Of a DNA stretch of 64,000 nucleotides, positions 1 through 13,342 are shown piece after piece (position 1 is the stretch's first letter; every line of letters starts with the position of its first letter). Location of the stretch: contig CP158635.1 in NCBI GenBank assembly GCA_050273025.1, positions 20,584,001 to 20,648,000 on the forward strand, in the 5' to 3' direction. Below the pieces are notes generated by a model that saw nothing but the letters and a program-made list of their open reading frames with translations, was not told the origin of the DNA and did not search any database. The position numbers were made by a program, and so were the translations under genes. Source of the stretch: Cenococcum geophilum. Its lineage: Eukaryota.

Positions 1-2319
1 CAGCAATCGACAGAAACTTTGCAGCAGAGGATATAAAATGTGCGGCGGCTTCTCGAATCCAAATGTTCGGATGCATTGTGAAGCGTCCGACGATATCAAC
101 CAATTCCCAGGTCTTGGATCGCTGGAACAAACCAAGCTCTGCCATAGATGAGAACGATCTCAGGACCCTTTCCACAACAAACTCCTCCGGGTCCGTCAGT
201 GCCTGAACCATTAACGGCAGAATAAATTCTTCAAGACTTGGACCCCCAACATATATTGCTACACCAACGATAGTCTCGAAGAAAGCGCATTTCAACATCC
301 AATCGCGGTCATTGAGGTAGGTATTCAGATGGCTTAGTATAACGTCGTTCGCTTTAGTGCTTCCAAAAAATACACACAAAGTCGAGACAGATCCTAGCAT
401 AGCTCGTCGGACAGCCGAGTCGCTGTCTGTCAAAAGGGCTTTAGTCTGGACTTCAAATTGTGATACAAGGTCGTCTCGAGCTACATCAAAAAGAGTTTGA
501 TACACAGAATGACTCATACTGTCATCTTCAGCTTCAGGATCGCTGGTGGGTAAAGACCCGTCAGCACGTAGTGCCTGCATCATATCCAAGAACCTAGATG
601 CGGTGCTGGCCAATGTAGCCATACAAGAGGCATATGTCATTCTTACCAGGGCACTTGGTTTCGTCGGCGATCCAGGCGCGAAGGGCTGGAGTCTTGGAAG
701 TATGTATTCTGGGAAGATGTATGCGTTAATTGGCGAGACAACGGAGACAAGAGCAAGCTGTTTCACAGTAAGTTTGCTAAAAATAAAGAAAATAAAGTGA
801 AGTTGGACGAAAAGGGATACGTACAAGCTGAGTCAAAGTGCGAAGTGCTGTTACCTTTACTAGGTCTGATTTATCGTTCAAGAGTGTCATCACGTATGGT
901 AGAATACGATCAAGTTTTGCCTCATCTGTGGTTCTTTCCGCGAAGGCTAGCAATAGTTCACATGCGCGAATGCGAGCAGATGCCCTAGCTGTGCCCCTTA
1001 GGGAGGATACAACAATAGTGAGGAAGATGAGAGTTCCGTCATCTACCGATTTTCCTGAAGTAGGCGAGGCTTGGTGCTGGTAGTTCGGTATGTTGATAAA
1101 AAGTGGGAAGAGGTCATTGTCTAATTTGGAGGTAGGTTGGGGTGCTCTGCTTGGCTCTTTTCCATTCTCCTGACCCAAGAAGTATGAGATCTTGTCGAAG
1201 TCGTTATAGATCTTCTCAATCCGGTCATCGGATTCTCCAAGGTTCTCGGTTCCTGCAGTCACTGGTCTTCGACCTGAGGTAGGATCCGTAATGGTGTACA
1301 TGTACTGCTGAAGAAATCCGTAGAAGTAATCTGGGAAGGCTTTGTGACGCCAGAAGTTTAAATACTCGTCCGCTGAATATCTCGACTCAGGCTCTAATTG
1401 GATCATGTGGGAGACCATTTCGCGAATATCTTTATCGTGAATTTTGCTGAGGTGTGTGTGTTCAGGCTCATACTCACCTTGGCGATATTTAAACAGCTGG
1501 CTCAATGAGAAGATAGGGGTTTCTAGGAATAACTCCGCAATCACACACCCAACGCTGAAAATATCCATCGCCCAGGTGACACCTGTCTCTCCGGGCTGTG
1601 CTCCAGCAGATAAAAACCTCTCCGGTGCCAAATAGCATGTGCGACGCCCAGAGGTGTCAAAATAAAAAGAAAAGTCTGCAGGATTGTCCTCTGGGAGATA
1701 AGTAGGTTTAAACGACGAAGAAAAGTCTGATAGATACAACCAGTTCCAGGAAGTAACTAATGAATTTTCCGTCTTTATGTCACCGTGATATATGTTCCGA
1801 GCATGACAATCACGGACAGCACATAGTAGTTGGAACGAGAGCCATTTCTTCTCAATGTCCTCGAGAAATGGCCGAGTACTGTGTGCATCAGCTGCAGTTC
1901 AAGACAAATATTTGAAAACATACCTCATGCGATCATATAACGAACTATGAATGTATTGCCGGACTAAATATCCATTTGTGCTCGTTTCCAAGATGCGGTG
2001 GTATCCCAGAGCATTTGGAACATCAGCAAGTACCTTTCTTTCGTCTAGACGTCAAATCAGCAACCCAAGAACCAGCACAAATTAAAAATGAACCGGATGC
2101 TGTACTTAGAAGAACCCGGACATATTCGTCAAGCTTCATGCTCGAATATGGTTTCATAACTACCTTCGCAACCACGAGGCCGTCTTTGTGTCGTGCTCTG
2201 ATGGACTTCATGAAACGCGCATTTCCGAGAGACTTCTCGTATGTGAGATCAGCCAGCTCTGGGACATCGATGCCAGCCGAGCCAGCAGAGAGCGTTGTAA
2301 GGGAGTATCCTTGACCCAT
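1..2319 (-). CDS. VPS15: Phosphoinositide 3-kinase regulatory subunit 4 / Vps15 kinase, 5' part only (continues beyond the window start)
   Basis: Starts MGQGYSLTTLSAGSAGIDVPELADL (Gly2 myristoylation-type N-terminus). Kinase motifs HGDIKTEN and YFDTSGRRTCYLAPERF, then HEAT-like segments (LDRILPY). GT-AG introns near 2105-2046, 1924-1880 and ~820-760 join the frames. Confidence 0.95.
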
Positions 2320-2624
2320 GATGACTTTCGGTTGTGATGATATCTCAAGTAAAGCGGTTATGTTGCTGCCTCGACGCCCTCATATTGCGTTCTTGCACCC
2401 CTTCTAGTGCCTACAGCGGTGGGAGAGATGTTGTTAATTTCCTGAGCCTGATAATGAATCCTCGAATGGCAATGAATTATCATTTGTTTTGTCTTGGTGA
2501 AGGTAAGTGTCATGTGCAGGCAGCGGTCATCAAGGCACGCTCGGCAAACCTGCCGAATCGCCTGCGCTATCATTATTACCACATTTTCGAGAACCAGTAT
2601 CAAGCTTTCCTTAAAACAACAACC

Positions 2625-4169
2625 ATGACTTCGAAACCCCAGAATATAGTCTTCTTTCACCCCGACCTAGGCATCGGTGGTGCGGAGCGTCTTGTCATAG
2701 ATGCTGCCGTAGGCCTTCAAACCCTTGGACATAAAGTCACCATTTTTACCTCCTACTGCGATCCAAGGCACTGCTTCGATGAGGCCCGCGATGGTAAGCA
2801 CCTTGTCGAACCATCACGACAACATATCACTCATGGCTTTGAAGAAGGTAGCTGAGACTCCGCTTTTCAAACCAAAGGAACCCTCGACGTACGCGTACAC
2901 GGCAATTCCATCGTTCCCCCCACCATACTCGGCCGCCTCGCGATTCTTTGCGCGATTCTGAGGCAAATACACTTAGTACTTCAAATAGCACTTCTCTCGT
3001 CAGAGCTGCAGAAACTGAGCCCTACTGTATTTTTCGTAGATCAACTCAGTGCTAGTGTTCCGCTGCTCAAGCTACTACAGCCAAACACGCGGGTAATATT
3101 CTATTGCCATTTCCCGGACAAGCTTCTGGCAAAGAAAGGAGGTTTGTTGAAGACTTTGTACAGAGGCCCTTTTGATTGGGTGGAGAGCTGGAGCACAGGA
3201 TGCAGCGATACGATCGTAGTTAACAGCAACTTCACGAAGAGCATTTTCGAGAAGGCATTTCCAAACTTGAAATACAGAGAACCAAGAGTGGTATACCCTT
3301 GTGTAGACACGAATGCAGCGGAGGAAGTGGAAAAGGCTAAGCCACTCTGGGAAAAGAAGAAAGTGCTCCTGAGCATCAATCGGTTCGAAAAGAAAAAAGA
3401 TGTAGCCTTAGCTATAAGGGCATATGCAGGGTTGAGTCAGGAGGAGCGGAAGAGCACAAGGCTGGTGATAGCTGGTAAATATTTCACAAATATGCTATAT
3501 TGAGTAATATTGAGTAAAGCTCGCTAATATCTCTATTCCGAAGGCGGATACGACCCCCGGGTTCAGGAAAATGTTTCCACCTATGCTGAACTCTGTGGCC
3601 TTGCATCTTCTCTGCACCTCAAACATGCCACAGCGAAAACAGTCATTAGCGCTCTTTCAGTCCCTGATGATATAGCTGTCATCTTCCTCCACTCGGTTCC
3701 GAGTGCCTTCAAATCAATACTCCTATCTACATCACGTCTTCTTGTCTATACACCTCTACACGAGCACTTCGGTATTGTACCTCTCGAGGCAATGATGGCA
3801 GGAATACCTGTGCTCGCAGCCAACGAAGGCGGGCCAACAGAGACTGTGATCGATGGCCAGACCGGCTGGCTGAGAGACGTCAGAAAGGTTCAAGACTGGA
3901 CGGAGGTGATGCGTGCAGCCTTGGAGGATGGGCCTGGAGAGGAGAGGCTGAAGGAGATGGGAATGCGGGGACAGGAGAGAGTCAAGGCGGAATTTTCTAA
4001 AGAGAAAATGGCAGAGAGATTCGAGAATGAGATGCAAAATATGATGTATGCCGGAAGAGTACCCATGATAAGCATGATGGTAGTGATTGTAGGAGCAGGT
4101 CTGTTCGGGGTATTAATAGCATTGGCCTTCTACATGGTAGGCAAATCGCGCACCACAGTTTACACGTAA
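2625..4169 (+). CDS. ALG2: Alpha-1,3/1,6-mannosyltransferase (GT4)
   Basis: MTSKPQNIVFFHPDLGIGGAERLVIDAAVGLQ, FYCHFPD, LLSINRFEKKK, EHFGIVPLEAM motif and a C-terminal TM helix. Introns at ~2793-2877 and ~3475-3543. Confidence 0.95.
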
Positions 4170-4855
4170 GAGCAGCTTCAGCATCACGTTCTCGTGTATC
4201 ATACCACCATATCAGACATTGTTATTGTTCAAGGAGTTTCAAGTTTGATACAACAAGTTCGGATAGGATGAAAATGTAGCAATATGAGGATTTGTAATTA
4301 AATGAACAAAGTAGTAGAACGGTATGCTGACTAGCAAGCTGTATTGGGTTTATTACAGGCGAAGAGCAATGCAGGTGTTGACAGCGTGGTTCATACCCTG
4401 CCATGATTGCACAGCGATATTACACTGCAGGAAAAACAAACGTCAATCTGCACAGTCAGATAAGAGTATTGAATGACCTCTCACATGAACGTTTCGGACG
4501 GTGCAAGCAATTAAAGCTACAACCGCACATCTAAGTTCTGACATTAATTCAAGGCCTTGACTAAAGAACGGAAGCGGTGACGGTTCGGATAGTTAGCTCT
4601 TGGTATTCGGCGAGGTGCGAAAGTGGACCTGCCGCATCGATCGCCAATGTCAAAGTACGTCACTCACCAGGGCCAATCTAGCTGCGAAGAAATAAACGTT
4701 AGTTTTGCTTCCTAAGCGTCCGACCCTCCTGCAAACACTCTTTAACCACTCTCCATGATATAAGGGCGCCAACCGCATCCTTCCCCTCTATCAATTGACC
4801 CGTATCTTTCCCCTCAGACTCCAGATCAAGCGCGCGGCACTTCCGGAAGCTCGAC

Positions 4856-7099
4856 ATGCTGCTACGGCAGGCCGGGTTGAGCTCAGCACGCGTACTTAAC
4901 CGCAGCGCAACACGATCGCCGCTCATAAACCCCAGGATACCTCACACATTCAGTCCTTACCTAGCTATACGAGCGTCATTCAGTAATGGACGGCCTTCAG
5001 CGACCCACAAGGGCACTCAACTCCCCTCTTCGTTGGCACTCCACTCACATATAAAGTGGCGCTTCCAACGTCCACTCCTCCCCCGATACGCGTCCACAAG
5101 GCCTCTGCCAGCTCCTCAATCTCGTTTCCTTCGATATTGCTATAAAGGCCTCGCGGCATTTGGGCTATTTGTCGCCATTAGCGGCGGGCTCGTAGTCGCT
5201 TTCTTCATATACGATGCTAGTACGTACAAGGAAGGACCTTCAATTGAAGAAGATATACCTGTGTCGGAAGTCGCATTACATCCAAGGAGAGGTGGACCTA
5301 AGAATTTGCCGATTGCTGAGCACTTAGTGGACGATGACGATAGCGCAGCAAAGAAAAACCAGAAACATAAACCAAAATTGGTTATACTAGGCACAGGATG
5401 GGGGAGTGTGGCTCTTCTGAAACAATTACATCCGGACGATTATCACGTCACAGTTGTTTCACCGTCAAACCACTTCCTCTTCACTCCTATGCTCCCTTCC
5501 GCCACTGTGGGTACTTTAGAGCTTAGATCGTTAGTAGAACCGATCAGAAGGATAGTGGCAAAAGTAAATGGCCATTTCTTGAAAGGGATGGCTGAGGATG
5601 TGGACTTTTCTGAGAAGCTTGTGGAAATATCTGCAATTGGACCAACTGGGGAGAAGGAGAACTTCTATCTACCCTACGATAAGCTTGTCATAGGCGTCGG
5701 TATACAGAAAACGTCCTTTATTTGCCAGTGAGGAGCTGACAGCTGCAGGTTCTGTGACCAACCCTCATGGTGTGAAAGGTCTTGAGAATTGCCATTTTCT
5801 TAAGGACATCAGTGATGCTAGGTTGATACGAAACGCGGTGATCCGCAATCTCGAAAGCGCCTGTCTTCCAACTACTTCCGATGAGGAGCGGCGGAGGTTG
5901 CTGTCTTTTGTCATCTCTGGCGGTGGTCCTACTGGAGTTGAGTTCGCTGCTGAACTCTATGACATGCTCAACGAAGATCTAGCGAAATATTTTCCGAAGA
6001 TTCTCCGATGCGAAATCTCGGTACATGTCATCCAAAGCAGGGGCCACATTCTCAATACTTATGATGAAGCCCTCTCCAGATATGCCGAGGTGAGTATCCG
6101 ATTGTTTAGAAATATCTTAGCTTCACTAATACGTGCTGTAGCAACGTTTTGCACATGATCAAGTTGAAGTTTTAACAAATTCAAGGGTTAAAGAGGTTCA
6201 ACCGGACAAGATTCTTTTCTCTCAAAAAGATGAGAATGGGAAGATTGTTACCAAAGAGCTCCCAATGGGATTCTGTCTATGGTCAACCGGCGTTTCACAA
6301 ACGGACTTCTGCCGACGTCTAGCTGCGAAATTGGATGGACAGAACAACAAACATGCTCTTGAAACTGACACTCACCTTCGTCTTATGGGCGCTCCCCTCG
6401 GAGATGTCTACGCTATCGGCGATTGTAGCACCGTGCAAAATAACGTCTCTGATCACATTGTGACTTTCCTTCGTACTCTGGCTTGGGAGAAAGGCAAAAA
6501 CCCGGAAGAAATGCAAATCTCATTTGCCGACTGGCGAGGTGTTGCCAAACGTGTCAAATCACGCTTCCCGCAAGCTGCAGACCATCTTCGAAGACTAGAC
6601 AAGCTCTTCGAGCAGTACGACAAGGACCAAAGCGGCACGCTCGACTTTGGCGAATTACGAGAACTTTTACTCCAGATTGACTCCAAGTTGACTTCATTAC
6701 CCGCCACAGCACAGCGCGCGCATCAACAAGGCCAGTATCTGGGCCGTAAATTCAACAAAATGGCACAGATGGCACCGGGTATGCGGCTCAACCAAGTCGA
6801 CTATGGCGATCTTGACGATGCCTGCTACAAGGCCTTTGAGTATCACCATCTTGGAAGCCTGGCATATATAGGTAATGCAGCCGTCTTCGATATCAACGGA
6901 CTGAACTTTTCTGGAGGACTGCTGGCAGTGTACTTATGGCGGGGTATCTATTTCGCGCAGAGCGTGAGCCTAAGAACCCGGATTCTGTTGGCTATGGATT
7001 GGAGTAAAAGAGCACTTTTTGGAAGGGGTAAGTCTAATCTTTGAGGCATTGCAAATGGAGCACAAGCTAACGGTCGTTACAGATTTGATGAACTTTTGA
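4856..7099 (+). CDS. Mitochondrial type II (alternative, external) NAD(P)H dehydrogenase with EF-hand
   Basis: Mitochondrial-presequence-like N-terminus; ILGTGWG and ISGGGPTGVEFAAEL dinucleotide-binding motifs; YAIGDC; EF-hand DKDQSGTLDFGE; ends GRDLMNF* after a last intron. Three introns. Confidence 0.92.
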
Positions 7100-7494
7100 T
7101 GGAACAACTGTCAACATGATAGCCTTTTCCTTTTAGTCTATATATCCTTATTGCAGAGCAACCAACGCCACGAGAGCGTCTCCGTGTACAGCATTGATGT
7201 ACACATCGACACTAGACAAGATTCCCTTTTCGTGGTCACCCCAGGCGTCATCACATATGATATTCTAGCGTAGAATACATGCCTTAAAACTCTCAGAACA
7301 GTCCCCTGAAACCTTGATCGGCTCTTCCAGCCACATTGCCTCGTGACTCTAAAGGCAGTTCCGCCTGCTCAATCAAAAATGCAGAAAAGAGCTGGCGGAT
7401 AGCTTCGGTGTAAGCCAACATGCTTGACTGAAGGCATTGTGTCGTACGTTAATTAGTTTTAAATTATAAAGTCCAGCAGGATTACTTCAGCCCT

Positions 7495-9729
7495 CTAACT
7501 TCTTGCCCTCGTCTTACCCTTCACCCTCTCTACTAACTTATTTAGGTCGTCTCCAGCCGTGCCCTCCTCTAGATTATCTTTCATCTTCTTACTCTTCCTC
7601 CGTGTGCCTTCCTTATCCCCATCATCCCTCCTAGCCTTCCTTTTCCTCCTTCCCTCCTCTAACAGTGCCTTCATACCCTCTGTCCCTTTGAATTTCGGAT
7701 TCGTCGGATCAATCGCAAATTCATAGCTCTCAAACAGCCTCGCAAATCTGGGGTCCTGAACATCCATTTTAAACCCATCAGTCTTCTCTTCGACCTCCTC
7801 TTCACCTGCCCCCTTCTTCCCTCTTTTCTTCTTCCCTTTCCGCTTTTTGGCCTTCTCGACCTTCGCAACCTCATTCATGTCAAAATGCCGCATTCCCGCT
7901 CCACCTACTGCATCATCATCCACCATCAGCAACTCTAGCTCCGCCCGCTGCGCCGCGGACGCAGCCTCCTCCTTCGCGTGTTCCTCACGCTTCTTAGCCT
8001 TCTCAGCGCGGCGCGCAGCCTTAGCCAAGTCGCGCGAGACAGTGGCAGGGTCGTCGAAGAAAGGATCATCGAAGGGATCTTTCCCTTCTCCCTCATCACC
8101 TTTTTCATTCGCTCCAGCGCCCGCTTTAACATCTGCAGCTCCTGCATCAGGGTCTCCCGCATTCCGCGCCGCCTTCGCCTTCTCTTTCCTCTTCGCCTTC
8201 CGCTCTTTCTCCTTCCGCACATACTTCTCAACCGTCGTTTCGTCTGTAATCGGCTCGTTTTCGAACACCGAGCCACGCGGCGCAGCGGCGGACAGGCCGG
8301 CCGAGAAAGTGACTTGCATGTCGCCGACCGGGGCGCCGGGCTCGCGCTTCTTAGGCTTGGACGGTCGGTCCGCAGAGAGGCCGAGCGCGGCGCGGAGCGC
8401 GACCGCCTTGTCGGCCTTCTCTTTCTTGCTGCTGCTGTTGCCGTGCTTGAGAGCCGAGCGTTCGGGTTCGTCGTCGGGCTCTTCTTCTGATGAGGAGCTG
8501 TCGCTGCCGACATAAGCCATGAGGTCGTTTTCGTCGATCTCTTTCCGGGAGAAGGCGCGCTTCTGGACCTCTTTTCGCGTGTTGTCGTCAGCGTCCCAGG
8601 TCAGTTTGACTTTGCTGTGGGTTAGCGCGTCTGTGACGAACTCATTGGGTCGGTATGCGTCGGGGATGACCGTGCACTCGTCGCGCGGCCTCTCGTCGAA
8701 AGTCACGTCGTCAGGTACGAAGCGGAGGTCGAAGAAGTTGGCCGAGGAGAGGTACTCGCGGCCGTCCATGGCATCGTAGAGGGATTTAGCTACGCTAGCG
8801 GAGGAACAGGTCAGGATGGCATAGTAGTAACGTAGGCGGTCGAGTTGGTAGGTGCGTAGGGCTGTTGGGTCGAACTCCTCGCCTTTGTTCTCCTTCAGTA
8901 GATCTTTCTTGATTTCTTCATCAACGGCGTCAGAGTCGGAATCAGACGGTTCGGGAGTGCCCTCATCGTCGAAATCGGCTGTCTTGTTCGCGGCAAAGAT
9001 TTCCTTCGGAGGCCCCTCGAGCTCCTCCCTCTCTAGTCGCTCACGCCCAAACTCGCTGGGGTAAACCGTCACTTTCAGTATCCGCCCATCCGCTGACGCG
9101 AAGCTCGATGCGACAGCCATAAGGTCCACAGCACGGATGTTGTCCCAGTCAAGGTTCACCGCCGCGAGGCGTGCCGAGACCTCACCCATGGGCACGTCTG
9201 TCCCTCGTGCTAATTCGGCTTCCTCTTCAATTTCTGCTTCTTCTTCGTCCTCATCTTCATCTGACTCGCTCGTGCTCTCGTCTTCTGACGATGAAAAGCC
9301 TCCTTCGCGCGCAGGGTCATACTTCCGCTCCATTCGCCTCAATTCCTCCTGTACAGCGCCGCCCTCGTCTCCTTCATTCCCCTCTTTTCCATCCTCATCC
9401 TCGCCTTCTACCCGGTAAAACCGCTCCAGCTCTTTCCTCCCGGCGCCCTTCTCAACCTTCCGCCCATAACGATCAACGCTGGCTTTTTTCGAGAAGTCGT
9501 CATCACGCAAGATGTGCGCAAAGCGCTGGTCGAGCTTGGTGCGTGTGTTTTTCTTAGAAGGTAGGCGAAATCGCGGATCGGTTTGGATATTGGTGAAACG
9601 CGAGTCGGCTGCAAGACGTTAGCATTATAGCTCTGATGCAAGAATTAAGGCGAAGAAGAACGTACTGATGGTGGCTTCAGGCCTTGAGGGCCACGATTTC
9701 CGCGCTTTTTGCTTTGCTGGGAGAGCCAT
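7495..9729 (-). CDS. ESF1: Pre-rRNA-processing protein ESF1 (NUC153 domain)
   Basis: ATG at 9729, one intron (~9665-9609), then TDSRFTNIQTDPRFRLP, RLAAVNLDWDNIRA, YQLDRLRYYYA, FFDLRFVPDD and C-terminal DPRFARLFESYEFAIDPTNPKF. Confidence 0.95.
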
Positions 9730-9805
9730 CGTGGAGGAGAGGGGGAGTTTGCAGTCAGTTACTCCGGTAAAGAGTGCAGAAGAACCATTTTTGGTTAGAG
9801 ATCGA

Positions 9806-9833
9806 GCGCCAAGATTTCAGTCTTATCGATAAG
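9806..9833. promoter_or_regulatory. Composite motif GCGCYAAGATTTC-N4-TTATCGATAAG upstream of ESF1 (second copy at 13699-13726)
   Basis: Includes the perfect palindrome TCTTATCGATAAGA (9821-34, paired GATA sites). 23 of 24 fixed positions match the second copy. Confidence 0.5.
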
Positions 9834-9944
9834 AGAGGTTTATTAGAATGGAAGCACGCATACAAACATGTAATATCCCAATTCCAATGAACGAGTTGAA
9901 ATTATTTCCTAGGATCCCATAAGAGTCTACAACAATTATATGCC

Positions 9945-11659
9945 TCAAATCCATTCAGGCCATTCCCGTTGTGCTATGTCATCCTTCGCCGCATTTTCTC
10001 CAGCCCTCTCCCCAAATCTCACCGTCGCCTCCGCAATATCCAGCAACGGATCTGTTCCTATCCGATCTTCTCCCTCCTCGATCAGGCGATCAAGCTCCGG
10101 ATCTCTTGTTACTCTAACAACTGTGGGGAACCTGTTCGTGTATAAGCCACGGTTCTGAGCCATGGCGATCACGCCGAGGATCATGCAGACGACCGCCTAG
10201 AAAATGCTGAGACCGCTTGCAATAGCGAGGTCCCTTGGTTCGTAGGAGCATTGATTAACGAAGGGTGAGTAGGTGGCATTGGTAGTTGTATTGGATAGGG
10301 CTGCGCGGGTTGTGATGTCAAAAGGATTGGGCGCTCCGTACCGCCCACTCAACTCTCCACCAGACTTGAGCGTTTGGAGGCCCGATGCATTGAAGGCGTA
10401 ATAATTCATTTGCGGACTCCCCACTAGGGCATTCATCGTTATAAAATCTGGCTGAGATGCATTTCTTGATGGGTAACTCTGGTAACCATGCATATTAAGG
10501 CCCAGTTGGTACATGATGGACTGGTAGCTCATGGTTTGGTTAACTGCCGGTCCGACGGTAAGCCGGGGATTCTCAATCCGGCAGTGAACTAATTCAGAAA
10601 CTTAGTGTTCGCAGTGACATTCTGCTGACCGTTACTCGATAAATCAAAGTAGACAAGGTATGACGCATTACAGAAAGCGCATGAAATAAGAGCTAGATGA
10701 ACACGCATGTAAAACTTGGAAGCGTCCGTGGAGAACATGTCAAGCATATTGTACATGTTGTTGAGGTCATTGTCGACGCTAAGGACTCCGGCTTTACCGA
10801 AGGAGCCGTTCATTCCAGGACCAAACCCTAATTGGGGGGTAAATCCTGCAAAGGCTACCAATGATTGGGTTGAATTCTCGTACTCCTCAAACGCACGGTT
10901 AACATACTGTTCGGTTGTATTGTCTGCTCTGGAACAAGACACAGCAGGTCCTTCAAATCTTAATGTATAACTGACGTTAGCATCGGAGGTCTGTCGGGAG
11001 ACAGGAGTTATTACCCCTTGAATTAAACTAGGGAGGTCTGCTGGCGTCGTACTGGATGAAGCCCCACCAAACGTGGTGGTGTTGTTATCAGGATCATGGT
11101 ACTGTACATTCCAGAGATAAAGTCGCGTTGAGTGATAATGAGCAGCTGCTTATTGGTAATGATCGATGGCTGCACCACTATCGTCCCAGGAGTGACAATC
11201 GCCGACAGGGAAGAAGCCTACCAATCTATAAGCAAGAGTAGCTAGTGAAATGATGGCTTTTAGTGAACTCACCATGTCACTGCTGCCAGTAAAGCCAGCA
11301 GAGGATGGTGCAGCCAGAATCGAAGATTAGTAAATTCCCAAGCACCGAAAACATGGTATCGAGACGTTCTACTTTCGGGGTGTCTATCCTCAACTAAAAC
11401 CATAACCACTATGTATAAGCAACACTAGGCGCAGTTGCTAGAGACAATTTAACAATGAATGCAGCCGCAGTTCCAGCCCTAGTAACCCATTATTGTTGAG
11501 AGGCGTCGTTAACAATATGCTTATCCATGTGGTTGTAAAAGAAAGGATGAGCAAGAGCGCATTACCAGTAATGAAGCAGCATATCACTAATGTGGGAACC
11601 CTCCAATAGATATTACTAAGTCTGAATTTGGGCTTTGCCCTAGGAAATTTAGAAAACAT
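9945..11659 (-). pseudogene. Disrupted fungal multi-TM hypothetical membrane protein
   Basis: Manual translation gives ALAHPFFY..QQ*WVTRAGTAAAFIVK..VAYT*WLWF*LR..W|LLP/LSAIVTPG.. and YSYEP-like + TM near the end. In-frame stops at 11490-92, 11409-11, 11394-96, 10589-91 and 10197-99, plus frameshifts. One intron ~11272-11218. Confidence 0.7.
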
Positions 11660-12475
11660 TTCTAGGAGTGAGGTGATCTCCTGAGGATAAAGATTAAGAT
11701 AATTGGTGAAAGAGCCTTTCGAAGAACAAGAATATAAAAAAAGTTCTAGCGACGAATATAAAGGACAGAGTCAATGTTTAAAATATCATATATCTTAAGC
11801 TGATGAAACTGTAAGTAGCACAGCGAATTATAAATATAATCTCAACAAGATAGTGAACTTGTTGCCCTAGCTATGAAACTGGCCCCAGTGCCGAAACCAA
11901 CAGGGCTGAATATCTTGAAGAATTTTCTTCCAATAGATATTGAGGGCTTAGATTTCCGGTTAAGTCATTCCTGAAGGTTACCGCCCACTCTCAGCTATTA
12001 AGTCCTAGGATCCAGCTATTTTGTTTCACGTAGTGTTAGTCAGTGCAGCGCTTCTGCAGGGGCTCCAGTGCAAAACTGGCGCCAAGCGAAACAACTATGG
12101 ATGTAACCTGGATTGATGACAGTATCGTCCAGCTCAATTTGGACAATCGCAGTGATGTACTGAGAACGGTATAAGTCCACAGGACGATGATGAGCCTCCG
12201 TTGGTCAGCGAGAAGTTGTGGTCGTACAGGTGAGGGGCCTGCACTTTACTAAGCCAAACTATACTCGCGTCATATTTGTAAATCCGCGGAAATGGTCAAT
12301 TTACCAATTACAAAAGGAAGGATATCACCAGCTAGGAGAGTAATCAGGCATGATACTGTCATGCAAGTGCAAGTGTTTAGTTGAGCATTTCACTACAGCA
12401 TTGACTACATCAGTTTTTCAACTACATACGAGTATCACAGCAACATACCAATGCTCTGATTGAAAGGTTTTCATA

Positions 12476-13342
12476 ATGTCTCTTCCCAAAATCTCCCGCG
12501 TCCTCGCAGATGGCGTCCTAATTTTCTACCGCTACGCTGGCTCCCCAACTAACCCAACTCTCCTCCTTCTCCACGGCTATCCCAGTTCCTCATTCTACTT
12601 CCGCAATCTCATGCCACTCCTCAGCACCAAATACTATGTCGTAGCGCCTGACTACCCAGGTTTCGGCTTCACTGAAGTCCCAGGATCCCGAAACTACACC
12701 TACACCTTCGAAAACCTAACCACAACGGTCGGAAAATTCCTCGACGCTCTCCAGATCAGCAAATTCGCCCTCTACATATACGACTTCGGCGCGCCCATCG
12801 GTCTGCGTCTCGCGCTGCGACGCCCCTCCGCCATCACAGCTCTCATCACGCAAAACGGCAATGCGTACGAGGAAGGGCTAGGTGAGCGCTGGAAAGTGCC
12901 GCGCGAGTTCTGGGCGACCAACTCGCCGGACCTGCGCGCGGCCATCCGGGCCCAGGTCACAGATTTCGAGCGTACCAAGGGCCAGTACGTTAATGGGGCC
13001 GTGGACGGCGGGGCGCGCGTCGAGCCCGAGGCATATCATTTGGACTACGCGTTGTTGCAGAGACCGGGTGTTGTGGATGCTATGGTTGACTTATTTTATG
13101 ATTATCGGACAAATGTGCAGATGTATCCCGAGTTCCAGCGGTATTTGAGGGAGAGGAAACCGCCGGTTTTAGTAGCCTGGGGGAAGAATGATGTTTCTTT
13201 TATTCCCCCTGGCGCGGAGGCATTCAAAAAGGATGTACCAGATGCGGAGGTGCATTTGGTGGAGGGAGGGCACTTTGCACTTGCTGGGATTGAGGAGACG
13301 TTTGCTAAATTGATTTTGGAGTTCTTAGAGAAGAAGTTGTAA
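12476..13342 (+). CDS. Alpha/beta-fold hydrolase (epoxide hydrolase / haloalkane dehalogenase-like), intronless
   Basis: LLLHGYPSS oxyanion motif, APDYPGFG, YDFGA Asp nucleophile elbow, WGKND, GGHFAL catalytic His. Complete 288-aa ORF. Confidence 0.9.
   Translation: MSLPKISRVLADGVLIFYRYAGSPTNPTLLLLHGYPSSSFYFRNLMPLLSTKYYVVAPDYPGFGFTEVPGSRNYTYTFENLTTTVGKFLDALQISKFALYIYDFGAPIGLRLALRRPSAITALITQNGNAYEEGLGERWKVPREFWATNSPDLRAAIRAQVTDFERTKGQYVNGAVDGGARVEPEAYHLDYALLQRPGVVDAMVDLFYDYRTNVQMYPEFQRYLRERKPPVLVAWGKNDVSFIPPGAEAFKKDVPDAEVHLVEGGHFALAGIEETFAKLILEFLEKKL

Noticed and set aside
2334..2624. N-terminal extension of ALG2 suggested by the ORF track
   Set aside because: It starts at a non-ATG codon inside the 305-bp VPS15/ALG2 divergent promoter; ALG2-like sequence begins at ATG 2625.
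7671..9557. Many long overlapping ORFs on both strands of ESF1
   Set aside because: Shadow frames caused by GC-rich, low-complexity codons; no recognisable motifs.
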